From NCBI GenBank assembly GCA_965214405.1, contig OZ243956.1:4434327-4498326 (forward strand): a stretch of DNA of 64,000 nucleotides, given 5' to 3'. The notes below the pieces were generated by a model. It was given only the letters and a program-made list of their open reading frames with translations. It was not told the origin of the DNA and ran no database searches. Shown piece by piece: positions 48,601 to 57,033 of the stretch; position 1 is the stretch's first letter, and each line of letters opens with the position of its first letter. Position numbers and translations under genes: made by a program. This DNA comes from Trueperaceae bacterium. GTDB lineage: Bacteria; Deinococcota; Deinococci; Deinococcales; Trueperaceae.

Positions 48601-50836
48601 AAGCCTCTTTTGCGGGTTTACCCGCGCGCTTGGCACCGGACGGCTCGAACGACAGCAGCCTGAGCGCGTTGGCGGTGACCAAGGCAGTCGCGCCCGTGTC
48701 GGAAAGAACCGCGAGCCACAGCCCGGTCACGCCCAAAAGCGTCGTCACCAGAAAAACGGCCTTGAGGCCCAGCGCAAAAGCGACGTTTTGGCGGATGTTG
48801 TTAAGGGTCGCCCTCGAGAGCCGCACCAACTCCCCCACGCCCGCCACCGAATCTTTGAGGAGCGCGGCGTCGGCGGTCTCGAGCGCCACCTCGGTGCCGC
48901 CCCCCATGCTGACGCCCACGTCGGCTTGCGCCAGGGCGGGCGCGTCATTGACGCCGTCGCCGACCATCGCCACGCCGCCGTGCGCGCCAAAAGCGCGAAT
49001 GCGTTCAAGCTTCGCTTCGGGCGTGAGTTCGGCCTCCACGGTGATACCCAACTCACGCGCCACCGCCGCGCCCGCGCGGGCGTTGTCGCCGGTGAGCATG
49101 ACGGGCGTGACGCCCAAGCGTTTAAGGTCGGCCAAGGCTTCCCTTGCTCCGGCGCGCGCCTCGTCGCGGATGGCGATGAGGCCCAGGGCCGTGTTTCCGC
49201 TAAGCGCCACGACTACGGTGTTGCCTGCGGACTCGAGCGCCTCTATTCTTTCTTTGATGTGAGGCTCGAGCTTTACCCTCTTGTCAGCGTAGCGCGGCGA
49301 GCCGACTGCCGCGAAGCGCCCCTCAACCTTTGCGGTCACGGCCTCTCCCTTGACGGCTTGAACGTCCTCAGCCGCGGGGATGTTCAGGTCGCGCGAAGCT
49401 GCCTTTTCAAGAATCGCCTTGGCGAGGGGGTGGCTCGAGCCCTCCTCAACCGCCGCCGCCACGCGCAGCAGCTCGTCTTCGGACACACCGTTCTCAGATG
49501 TAGCCAAAGAGACCATTTCCGTCACGCGCGGCCTGCCCTCGGTGAGGGTGCCGGTTTTGTCGAACGCAACGGTACGGACCTTGCCGACGGCTTCCAGCGC
49601 GGCCCCGCCCTTGACGAGGAGCCCCCGCCGCGCGCCCGACGCGATGGCGGAGGTGACGGCGGCGGGCACGCTGAGGACGAGCGCGCAGGGGCAGCCGATG
49701 AGGAGGAGCGCCAGCGCTTTGTAAAGCCAGACGCTCCACACGCCTCCAAAGAGGGGCGGCAGAACCGCAACGCACGCAGCGACGAGCATCACCGCGGGGG
49801 TGTAGCGGCGGCTAAAGGCGTCGATAAAGCGGGCGGTGGGGGCCTTGGAAGCCTGGGCCTCCTCGACTAAGTGGATAATGCGCGCCAGGGTGTTGTCACT
49901 CGGGTCCCGCGCGACCCGCACGGTGAGGAGGCCGTCTTCGTTAAGCGAACCCGCGAACACGTCGCTTCCCGGACCCTTGGCGACGGGCACGCTCTCGCCC
50001 GTGACGGGAGCGTCGTTTAGGTAAGAACGACCGGTGAGGATGACGCCGTCGGCAGGCACGCGCCCGCCCGGACTCACCTGGATGGTGTCGCCCACGCGCA
50101 AGTCTTCGGCGGGGACTTCCCTCGTCCGCCCTCCCTCGAGCAAACGCGCGGTCTTGGGCGCGAGCTTGGTGAGCGCGGCGATACCCCTGCGCGCCCGCCC
50201 CGCCGCCACGCCCTCCAAAAGCTCGCCCACCGCGAACAAAAACACCACCAGCGCGCCCTCGGGCGCTTCACCGATGAGCACCGCGCCGAGCGCGGCCACG
50301 CTCACGAGCGTGTTGATGGTAAAGGGGTCGCCGAGCCGGGCGGCGTGAAGCGCCTTGCGCGCGAGCGGCGCAGCGCCGATGACGGCGGCGGCGACGTAGG
50401 CCCAGGTGGCGAGCGGGGTCACGAAACTCAGCACAAAAGCCAGCGTGAGGAGCGTGCCAGAAAGGAGCACCAAAAAGCCCTGAGACGTGCGGTACCAGGG
50501 TCTACCTTTGTCGGTCTCTGTTTGGCTACGCGCGCCCTCATCCGTTTGCAGTTTGGGTTCGTAACCGAGCGCGCGGATGTTGGCCTCGAGCCTTCCCCGC
50601 GGCGTCACCCCTTCATCTAACGTGAGTTGAAGCGTCTGCGTCACAAACGAGATGCGCCCCTCACCCGCCCCGGCGGTGCGCGCGACGAGGTCGCCAATCT
50701 TGGTTGCGCAGCTCGCGCAGTCCATGCCGCCGACGAAGTAGCGGAGGGTGCTCCCTCGGGCCTCAAACGCCTGAACGTTGGCAGTAGCCGCAGTGGTTTT
50801 TTGGTTCGGTGATCCGCTGGGTTCGGTTGGCTTCAT
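48578..50836 (-). CDS. zntA: Heavy-metal (Zn/Cd/Pb) translocating P1B-type ATPase
   Basis: GMDCASC HMA, TGES, CPC, DKTGT, HPLA, GDGVNDAP. Confidence 0.92.
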   Translation of the reverse strand: MKPTEPSGSPNQKTTAATANVQAFEARGSTLRYFVGGMDCASCATKIGDLVARTAGAGEGRISFVTQTLQLTLDEGVTPRGRLEANIRALGYEPKLQTDEGARSQTETDKGRPWYRTSQGFLVLLSGTLLTLAFVLSFVTPLATWAYVAAAVIGAAPLARKALHAARLGDPFTINTLVSVAALGAVLIGEAPEGALVVFLFAVGELLEGVAAGRARRGIAALTKLAPKTARLLEGGRTREVPAEDLRVGDTIQVSPGGRVPADGVILTGRSYLNDAPVTGESVPVAKGPGSDVFAGSLNEDGLLTVRVARDPSDNTLARIIHLVEEAQASKAPTARFIDAFSRRYTPAVMLVAACVAVLPPLFGGVWSVWLYKALALLLIGCPCALVLSVPAAVTSAIASGARRGLLVKGGAALEAVGKVRTVAFDKTGTLTEGRPRVTEMVSLATSENGVSEDELLRVAAAVEEGSSHPLAKAILEKAASRDLNIPAAEDVQAVKGEAVTAKVEGRFAAVGSPRYADKRVKLEPHIKERIEALESAGNTVVVALSGNTALGLIAIRDEARAGAREALADLKRLGVTPVMLTGDNARAGAAVARELGITVEAELTPEAKLERIRAFGAHGGVAMVGDGVNDAPALAQADVGVSMGGGTEVALETADAALLKDSVAGVGELVRLSRATLNNIRQNVAFALGLKAVFLVTTLLGVTGLWLAVLSDTGATALVTANALRLLSFEPSGAKRAGKPAKEAYVAQSQS

Positions 50837-50844
50837 CGCCTAAA

Positions 50845-50874
50845 ACGATATATGAGCAAGCGTTCATGTGTCAA
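50845..50874 (-). promoter_or_regulatory. zntA promoter with an SmtB/CadC-type inverted-repeat operator
   Basis: TTGACA-18 nt-TATCGT on the minus strand enclosing TATATGAGCAAGCGTTCATGTG (ATGA...TCAT). Confidence 0.75.
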
Positions 50875-50910
50875 GCGTTTGGGTAACGCCGTAACATGTC
50901 TGGCCTGACG

Positions 50911-51285
50911 CTACCGGCCTTCTTCACCGTGCGAGAGCGCGTTCTCGAGCATCGTTACCACGTGATCGTCCGCCAGACGGTAGAACACGTGGCGGCCCTC
51001 CTTGCGGCTCGTCACCAAGCGCAGGTTGCGCAGCAAGCGCAGTTGATGGGAGATGCCCGATTGGGAAATATCCAACGCCTCGACGATGGTGTGAACGCAG
51101 ACCTCGCCTTCTCTAAGCAAGCAAAGAATCTTGAGCCGCGTGGCGTCCGCCAAGCCTTTGAGGAGCGTGGCGGACGCGTCAATCAGCGCCTCGTCGGGTA
51201 GCGCGCCGACCCTGGAGGCGTCACAGTCGTTAGGGGCATCGGCGAACGTTTCGGACGTCGTGAGCCTTTCAAACACCTCGGTCAT
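50911..51285 (-). CDS. ArsR/SmtB metalloregulator (SmtB/ZiaR/CadC-like)
   Basis: LADATRLKIL, EVCVH, SQSGISHQLRLL, DDHV..MLENALSH alpha5 site. Confidence 0.9.
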   Translation of the reverse strand: MTEVFERLTTSETFADAPNDCDASRVGALPDEALIDASATLLKGLADATRLKILCLLREGEVCVHTIVEALDISQSGISHQLRLLRNLRLVTSRKEGRHVFYRLADDHVVTMLENALSHGEEGR

Positions 51286-51328
51286 GTGTCTAGTTTACGC
51301 GCTCCTCCGCACTTTTGCTGTTTGACGG

Positions 51329-51423
51329 GGTAGGGTCTGGGTGAGTGGGTCCGCAGCTCCCCTATGCGAAAGCACATCCCCGCTTCTGGGTCTAGGTAGG
51401 GTCTGGGTGAGTGGGTCCGCAGC
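51329..51423. repeat. Two exact 29-bp direct repeats separated by 37 bp
   Basis: GGTAGGGTCTGGGTGAGTGGGTCCGCAGC at 51329-51357 and 51395-51423. Confidence 0.9.
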
Positions 51424-51629
51424 GAGCGAGAGCGGCAAAAAGATACATGAGGCGAACACGTGAAACGCCTGCGGGAGGGCGGGCTCTTCGCGTCCCGAAA
51501 CTTGCTCCGCGAGCTGCCGTATATGCCGCGGTTTGGAAGATGATACCTGGGGCGTGAAGAGCGCGTTTTCAGGCGCTCAAAATGCTGATGAAAAAGGCTT
51601 GGCAGCGTCAACCACCGCCTCACCCGCAT

Positions 51630-51860
51630 CTAGCGCCGCGTGTTCCGGCTGATGTCCTCCAAAAGTTCCAGATTCCTCCCGAAGCCCACCAGCACCGCGC
51701 CAACCACGACGCCTCCTGCTAGAAGCGCGAGCGCGAGCAGCCAACCGGGCAGCGTGACGTTCACGTCCCGCGCACCCACCGTCAGCCACGCGAGCCCGCC
51801 GAGCCCGCCGATAGCGAGTACCGCGTAGCCGAGGCCCTTGAGCACGGCAGGCGTTTTCAC
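51630..51860 (-). CDS. Small two-TM membrane protein
   Basis: Two hydrophobic segments; start overlaps the upstream stop (GTGA). Confidence 0.6.
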   Translation of the reverse strand: MKTPAVLKGLGYAVLAIGGLGGLAWLTVGARDVNVTLPGWLLALALLAGGVVVGAVLVGFGRNLELLEDISRNTRR

Positions 51861-52252
51861 CCCCGCACCCTCTCCCGCTCGGTCTTGGTAAGCCCCGCGA
51901 CCACGAGGTCATACGAGCGGTCGATAAGCTCCTCCGCCAGCGCCTCGGACAGGGAACCGTCTAAGGTAACCGTGTTCCAGTGGCGTTTGTTCATGTGGTA
52001 ACCGGGCGTGATGGCGGCGTGTTCGGCGCGCAAAAGTTCCGCCAAACCGGGCTCGCACTTGAGATTGACCCTGAGGGGCGGCTCGAGCGGGTCGGCCTCG
52101 TCACGTGCGCTGCCGCCCGTAACGTCGCAAAGCGCGAACATCTTGCCGCCAACCTTGAAAACGAGCGTCTCGGGTCCGAAAGGCGCGTCCTCCTGACAGC
52201 CCGGTTTCGCCCCGCAGTAGGCGCGCAAGTCTTGGAGCGTGCGGAGCGTCAC
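51857..52252 (-). CDS. MmcQ/YjbR family DNA-binding protein
   Basis: PFGPETLVFKVGGKMFAL, NLKCEP, PGYHMNKRHWNTV, SYDLV. Confidence 0.92.
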   Translation of the reverse strand: MTLRTLQDLRAYCGAKPGCQEDAPFGPETLVFKVGGKMFALCDVTGGSARDEADPLEPPLRVNLKCEPGLAELLRAEHAAITPGYHMNKRHWNTVTLDGSLSEALAEELIDRSYDLVVAGLTKTERERVRG

Positions 52253-52261
52253 GGCTGAACC

Positions 52262-53020
52262 TTACAGCCTGCCACAAAACACGTCGGTGGTGTACAAAAA
52301 ATTCACCACGCCGTTCTCTTCATGCGCATTGAAAAGCTCGCGCAGCGCCTCCACAAAGGCTTCGTGGCGCGGCTCTCCCGGCAGGGGCGCGTAGGATGAG
52401 GAGAGGGCGCGGCCGACAAGGCTTTCGTAGTGAAATCTCTGCGCGTTCTCGAGGCTGAGCCTACGCACCTCACGGGGCGCGAAAAACTCGGTGACGCTCT
52501 CTTTCCCTGCGTTGTCCTGGTGGTTGACCGCCGCGTAGTCGGGTGCAAAGCGGCGCAGCGTCTCCTCGTAGCCCTCCAAAAAGGGCGTGCCTTCTCTCAC
52601 GCGCGAGTTCCAGACCAGGACGACCCAGCCGTTGGGCCGGAGGATGCGCCGGAATTCGGTACGCGCCTTTGAAGCGTCGAACCAGTGAAAGGCTTGGCCC
52701 GCGGTAACAAAGTCCACGCTTCTGCCAGCCAGCGTCGTCCTCTCCGCCGTGGCCGCCACGCTCCTAAAGTTGGGGTAGATGGCGAGCAACCGCTCCGCCG
52801 CGCGCCGCATCGCGTCGTTGGGCTCCACGCCGTAAACGAGGTTGTCGTTGAGCAAAAAAAGCTCGCTCAGCTTGCCCGTGCCCGAGCCCACGTCCGCCAC
52901 CACGGCGCCGGGGGTAAGGCCGCACGCACGTCTCAGGGCCTCGAGCACCTCTTCAGGATACGAAGGCCGGTACCTCACATAGTCCTCGACGCGGCTCGAA
53001 AAGCGTTCGGTTGAGTTCAT
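52262..53020 (-). CDS. Class I SAM-dependent methyltransferase
   Basis: YRPSYP, ADVGSGTG, VEPN, AGQAFHWF. Confidence 0.92.
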   Translation of the reverse strand: MNSTERFSSRVEDYVRYRPSYPEEVLEALRRACGLTPGAVVADVGSGTGKLSELFLLNDNLVYGVEPNDAMRRAAERLLAIYPNFRSVAATAERTTLAGRSVDFVTAGQAFHWFDASKARTEFRRILRPNGWVVLVWNSRVREGTPFLEGYEETLRRFAPDYAAVNHQDNAGKESVTEFFAPREVRRLSLENAQRFHYESLVGRALSSSYAPLPGEPRHEAFVEALRELFNAHEENGVVNFLYTTDVFCGRL

Positions 53021-53193
53021 CCTTTCCCCCTACATCCGCTATACTCCGGCAGTTCCGTGACACCAGCATTTCTCACGTGAAACACCCCTACCCGATTCTA
53101 AGCCATCCCAACTCTAAGCCATGCGTGGTGAGTTCAACGCTCACCACTCGGCACCCGGCACTTCCTCGACTCCCCCGGCCTAAAAATACCAGC

Positions 53194-53763
53194 CTACAGC
53201 TCCACCTGCGACCCAATCTCGATCACCCGCTCGGGCGGGAGCATAAAAAACGAGGCGGCGCTCTTGGCATTTTGCGAGACGGCGATAAAAAGCCTTTCTC
53301 GCCACAGCGCCATCCCCGGCTTTTCGGTCGCAAAAAGCGTCTCGCAGCCCGGGAAAAAGGTGGCGTCGGCGGGCTCAAAGCTTGGCTTGTCCGACACGGT
53401 GAGGGCGTCCTTTAGCGCCGCGGGAACGTCCACCCGTTCGGTAAAGCCGAAGTGAAGCTTGACCTGATAAAGGCCGCCGCGTAAGTGCTCGGTTTCGGCG
53501 CGTTTGGCGGGCAGCGCGCGCGCGACGGGCTCGAGCTTGACTTCTGAAAACACCACGGTTTCGTGCAGCACGTGGTTGTGCCGCAAGTTGGCGAGGAGCG
53601 CGGGCGGCAGCGTGCCGCCCGCGCTCGGGATATAAATCTGGCCGCGCTCGGTCGCGGACGTGCGAACCGTCGTGAGCCGCGGCAAGTAACCGAGCTGCAC
53701 CGCCTGCCGCGTGAGCGAGAATACGCCCGAAATGAGCGCCTGCGAGGCGATGTCCCAAACCAC
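53194..53763 (-). pseudogene. kup: Kup potassium transporter remnant
   Basis: IASQALISGVFSL..QAVQLGYLPR..GQIYIP is joined almost directly to the C-terminal PPALLANLRHNHVLHE...ERVIEIGSQVEL; the N-terminal half and several TMs are missing. Confidence 0.85.
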
Positions 53764-53870
53764 GGCCTACCGAAAACTATAACGCTTTTGGTAGGCCGGA
53801 TATGGCTCCAGCTAGCCATTACTTCGGGTTCACACGCCCATCATTTTCAAAAATTTTCCGGTTGATGAGA

Positions 53871-53889
53871 TACCCTAAATGTTAGGGTA
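53871..53889. promoter_or_regulatory. Palindromic putative operator TACCCTAA-ATG-TTAGGGTA
   Basis: Perfect 8-3-8 inverted repeat about 50 bp upstream of -10 TACAAT (53941-53946). Confidence 0.5.
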
Positions 53890-53952
53890 CAAACTGAACT
53901 TTACGTCGTGCAAGACGAGGTAAAACGGCTTCTAAAGGTGTACAATTTAGGT

Positions 53953-54432
53953 ATGAACAAGGCCAACGTTAAAGACTATGAGATCTATGTTGGACAGCTC
54001 CAAACCATCCACAAACTGCGCGACGAGCTTGAGCTGACGCCCGGCGCGTACCGGGGCCTGCTCTACCGGCTCACGGGGTCGCGCTCGGCCAAATTTATGA
54101 CGCCCGCGCAGCGTGACAAGGTCATCTCGTTTATGGCGCTGCACAAGGATTTGGACGAAACCGTCGCCAAGGCCGAGGCCGCGCGGGCGCGGCTCAACGC
54201 ATCCTTCACCAGCGACGACGCGCCGCCCTTTCAAAAGGACGTGTTCTTGGACGGCCAATTTCAAACGCGGAGCGCCGCGTCTTTGGAAAACCTCATCAGC
54301 ACGATGCGCGCGCACCACGGCGACGAGGTGATGCTGACCGGCGTGCGCGAGGTGCGGCTGGGCGGGGCGACGCGTCTCAAGCTCGAGTTTTCTACCGCCG
54401 CCGCCCCTGTAATAAGCGCCAGGGCCGCGTAA
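53953..54432 (+). CDS. Hypothetical protein with phage Mu GemA/Gp16 (DUF1018)-like N-terminus
   Basis: QTIHKLRDELELTPGAYRGLLYRLTGSRSAKFMT.AQ..KVI; leaderless start 6 nt after TACAAT. Confidence 0.6.
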   Translation: MNKANVKDYEIYVGQLQTIHKLRDELELTPGAYRGLLYRLTGSRSAKFMTPAQRDKVISFMALHKDLDETVAKAEAARARLNASFTSDDAPPFQKDVFLDGQFQTRSAASLENLISTMRAHHGDEVMLTGVREVRLGGATRLKLEFSTAAAPVISARAA

Positions 54433-54555
54433 AGCGCGAGTATAGAGGTTTTCGTCCGTACGAAAGTTCAGAAGCCTAAATAGTCTCCCCCAAACTGCGC
54501 TTCAGTAATTTACAGATTGAATCTACTTTAGACCGGGCCATACCCGCTATAAATA

Positions 54556-54594
54556 CGCCCCCGCTCGAGCGTCACAGGTCGCAAGCGGGGGCGT
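54556..54594. terminator. Hairpin between convergent genes
   Basis: ACGCCCCCGCT...AGCGGGGGCGT. Confidence 0.5.
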
Positions 54595-54720
54595 CTAAGG
54601 AGGTGCAGGGGTAGTCTACGGCGGTGGCGGGGAGCGGGGGGGTGAAATTTTGCATTTGCTTTGCGACTTCTGCTCTACATATCCATTCCATCACGCGGTG
54701 CCAAGTTTCTTGGTGGGGCA

Positions 54721-55014
54721 TCATTTCGGCACACACATGGAAACACCTTTTTCCTGAACAAACGTAAATGCTTCGGGGTCTAAAACCTTGGCAAGGCTCT
54801 GCACGGCTCTGGCTTCACGACTTTCGTCGCCCGACGCTCGAGTCGCCGACACGTGAAAATCCCAAATAATGGCTAAGACGGCGGCGTCCTCGCCTTCAAC
54901 GTAGGCGTCCCCGATATAAGCCGCTAAGTAGGACGCTTCAATCTTGTACGCTTCACCCTTGAACCGGAACATACCCGTCCTCCTCTTGTGCAGCTCCCTC
55001 TTGTGTAGCTTCAC
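54721..55014 (-). CDS. Hypothetical protein
   Basis: 97-aa ORF downstream of a putative promoter next to IS copy 2; start uncertain. Confidence 0.5.
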   Translation of the reverse strand: MKLHKRELHKRRTGMFRFKGEAYKIEASYLAAYIGDAYVEGEDAAVLAIIWDFHVSATRASGDESREARAVQSLAKVLDPEAFTFVQEKGVSMCVPK

Positions 55015-55148
55015 GGTTCACCGGGCCGCGAGTGAGAGAGCGTTCATCAAGCAGCGAGACCCAGAGCTTTCACGCGCAACGGTCGATTGACGGGTTTATG
55101 GCACCCTACCCGTCAAGGTAAAAGCGCGGCATGTGCAGGCCGCACAAG

Positions 55149-56507
55149 GGGTGCAACCCCAAATAGGCGGATAGAAAAAGGGGCGTAGCAGCGGTAGAAT
55201 GGCGGATGAAAACGAGCCAGACAGGTGATTGGAAAGAACGGGCGAAGGAAGCGTTTGGCAGGTACTTAGAAGCTTTGGAACGAGACCTACCCGAAGATGC
55301 GGGTGTAGCCGAGGTTGAGACGGCGATGCTGGCGCATTATCAAGCGATGATGAGTGAGACTATGCAAGCTCTGGCAGATAGCCGGAGCTTTTCCCCCCGA
55401 GCACAAAAGAGAAGTACCTGAAGGCTATTGGGGTAACGGCAAACGTCGCTGCGCGGTTAAGCACTTGTGGGGCCGGGTCTATGTCGAGGTACAAAGGCTG
55501 GTTGATAGAGAGGGTCGAGCCAAACAAGCTATCCTCGATAGACGCTTAGACCATTCGGGCTGGACGCCCAAAGCCTTAGCTTGCCTGACCGACTTAGCAG
55601 CGCGCGTGCCCTTAGAAGAAGGCGCTTACATCGCGCGCAACTTCGGCCTGAGGATTAGCTCGTCAGAATTAGACCGCTTGCAACGCCCCTACGCTGAGGC
55701 GTGTCGAGCCGAGGTGGCAGACAGACTGTTGTCTTGTTCAGAGCCTGAAGCGGCACGCCGACAAGGACGCGTCATGGTGTTGCAAATGGACGGCGTCTAC
55801 GTCTTAGGGCAACCTGAACAGGGGCTATGTCCTGGCCTGGAACTCAAAACAGCCGTACTTTATCCGCAAGCCGCTCCGAGTCAGCGCTGGATGTTGGCCG
55901 AACGCTGCTGTGCCGAAGACTTTGTCACGCTCGTGGCGGGTTTACTCAACGAAGCCGGAGTCACCCCCGCGGATACGCTGCTCGGTTTGGGTGATGGAGC
56001 CGTTTGGATTGACAACATCTTTTGTCATCTCGACGCCGTAAGAATCACCGACGTCTACCACGCCACTCAGTACCTCGACACCATCATGCAAGCACTGGCT
56101 TGGGATGAAGACCTAAGAACGCGCCACCGCTGTGACTGGTATCGGGGTCAGCTCAACGCCCGTGACTGGCTCGCTCACCACCTTCCTAAACCCGAGGTCT
56201 GGCTCACCTGGGATGACAAAGCGCAAACTGCTCTAAAGTATCTTGAAACCCGGCTTGACAGTATGGATTATGCTCGGTTCACAGAAAAAGGCTATCCCAT
56301 CGGTTCAGGGCAAATCGAAGGGATGAACAAAGCCGTTATCGGAAACCGTATGAAAAGAAGCGGGATGCACTGGTCCAAACAAGGTGCTGCCAGTATGGCC
56401 TCTTTGCGTGCCCAGACCTGTGCCAAACATTCCCTCATTGACTTTGGGCAGCTCAGGCACCTCGCTTACCCTGCCCCGGCTTAATCCGACACTAGCGGGC
56501 TGCACCC
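55149..56507 (+). mobile_element. Insertion sequence, ISKra4/ISLre2-like, copy 2, 1359 bp
   Basis: Same terminal repeats, length and translated ORFs as 12309-13667, in the opposite orientation. Confidence 0.9.
55206..56484 (+). CDS. DDE transposase (probable -1 frameshift at TTTTCCCCC)
   Basis: ORFs 55206-55421 and 55354-56484 translate identically to copy 1. Confidence 0.85.
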
Positions 56508-56571
56508 TTCAGACACTCTTCACGCTCGAAAATCCAGGGCCTCGAGAAGACGGACGGCACTAGAATGGTTT

Positions 56572-57015
56572 ATGGAACTGACTCTCCGCCAAGCTGAACG
56601 GGCCGACCTGCCGCTTCTGGCCAGAATGAACCAGCATCTCATCGAAGACGAAGGCTCCGCCAACCCGATGACGGTGGGCGAACTCGAGCGCCGCATGAGG
56701 AACTGGCTCGAGGGGAGCGATGAAATCGCTCTTTTTGTGTTGGATGACGTCGTGGGTTACGCGGTTTATCAGGCTCGAGGAGAAACTCACAAAGGCTCAG
56801 AGCTTGTCTACCTGCGGCAGTTTTTCGTTGAACGACGCTACCGGGGGCGGGGTTTAGGAAGGCGAGCTTTCCAGAGGCTGCGGGGGGCGCGTTTTGCGGG
56901 GGCGCAGGTGACGCTTGAGGTCCTCGCCGCCAACCCCGCGGGCCTCGCTTTTTGGGAATCGCTCGGGTTTGAGGGGTACGCGGTGACGATGGCGCTCGAG
57001 CCCTCGCAGCCTTAG
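56572..57015 (+). CDS. GNAT family N-acetyltransferase
   Basis: QFFVERRYRGRGLGR, NPAGLAFWESLGF; TAGAAT 5 nt upstream. Confidence 0.88.
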   Translation: MELTLRQAERADLPLLARMNQHLIEDEGSANPMTVGELERRMRNWLEGSDEIALFVLDDVVGYAVYQARGETHKGSELVYLRQFFVERRYRGRGLGRRAFQRLRGARFAGAQVTLEVLAANPAGLAFWESLGFEGYAVTMALEPSQP

Positions 57016-57033
57016 AATGTTTAGCAATCCCGT

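Noticed and set aside
48590..49870. 426-aa plus-strand ORF and similar long ORFs opposite meaH, hcl and the GGDEF gene
   Set aside because: Antisense or alternative-frame shadows of well-supported genes in high-GC DNA.
51329..51423. CRISPR array (29-bp repeat, 37-bp spacer)
   Set aside because: Only two repeats, no degenerate third copy at the 66-bp period, no internal palindrome or typical terminal motif, and no cas genes in the window. Kept only as an unexplained repeat.
51282..51629. 115-aa ORF upstream of the smtB-like gene
   Set aside because: No recognisable motif, Arg/Ser-rich composition, and it spans the direct repeats; probably spurious.
53908..55014. Prophage
   Set aside because: Only one phage-like gene; no structural, replication or integration genes.
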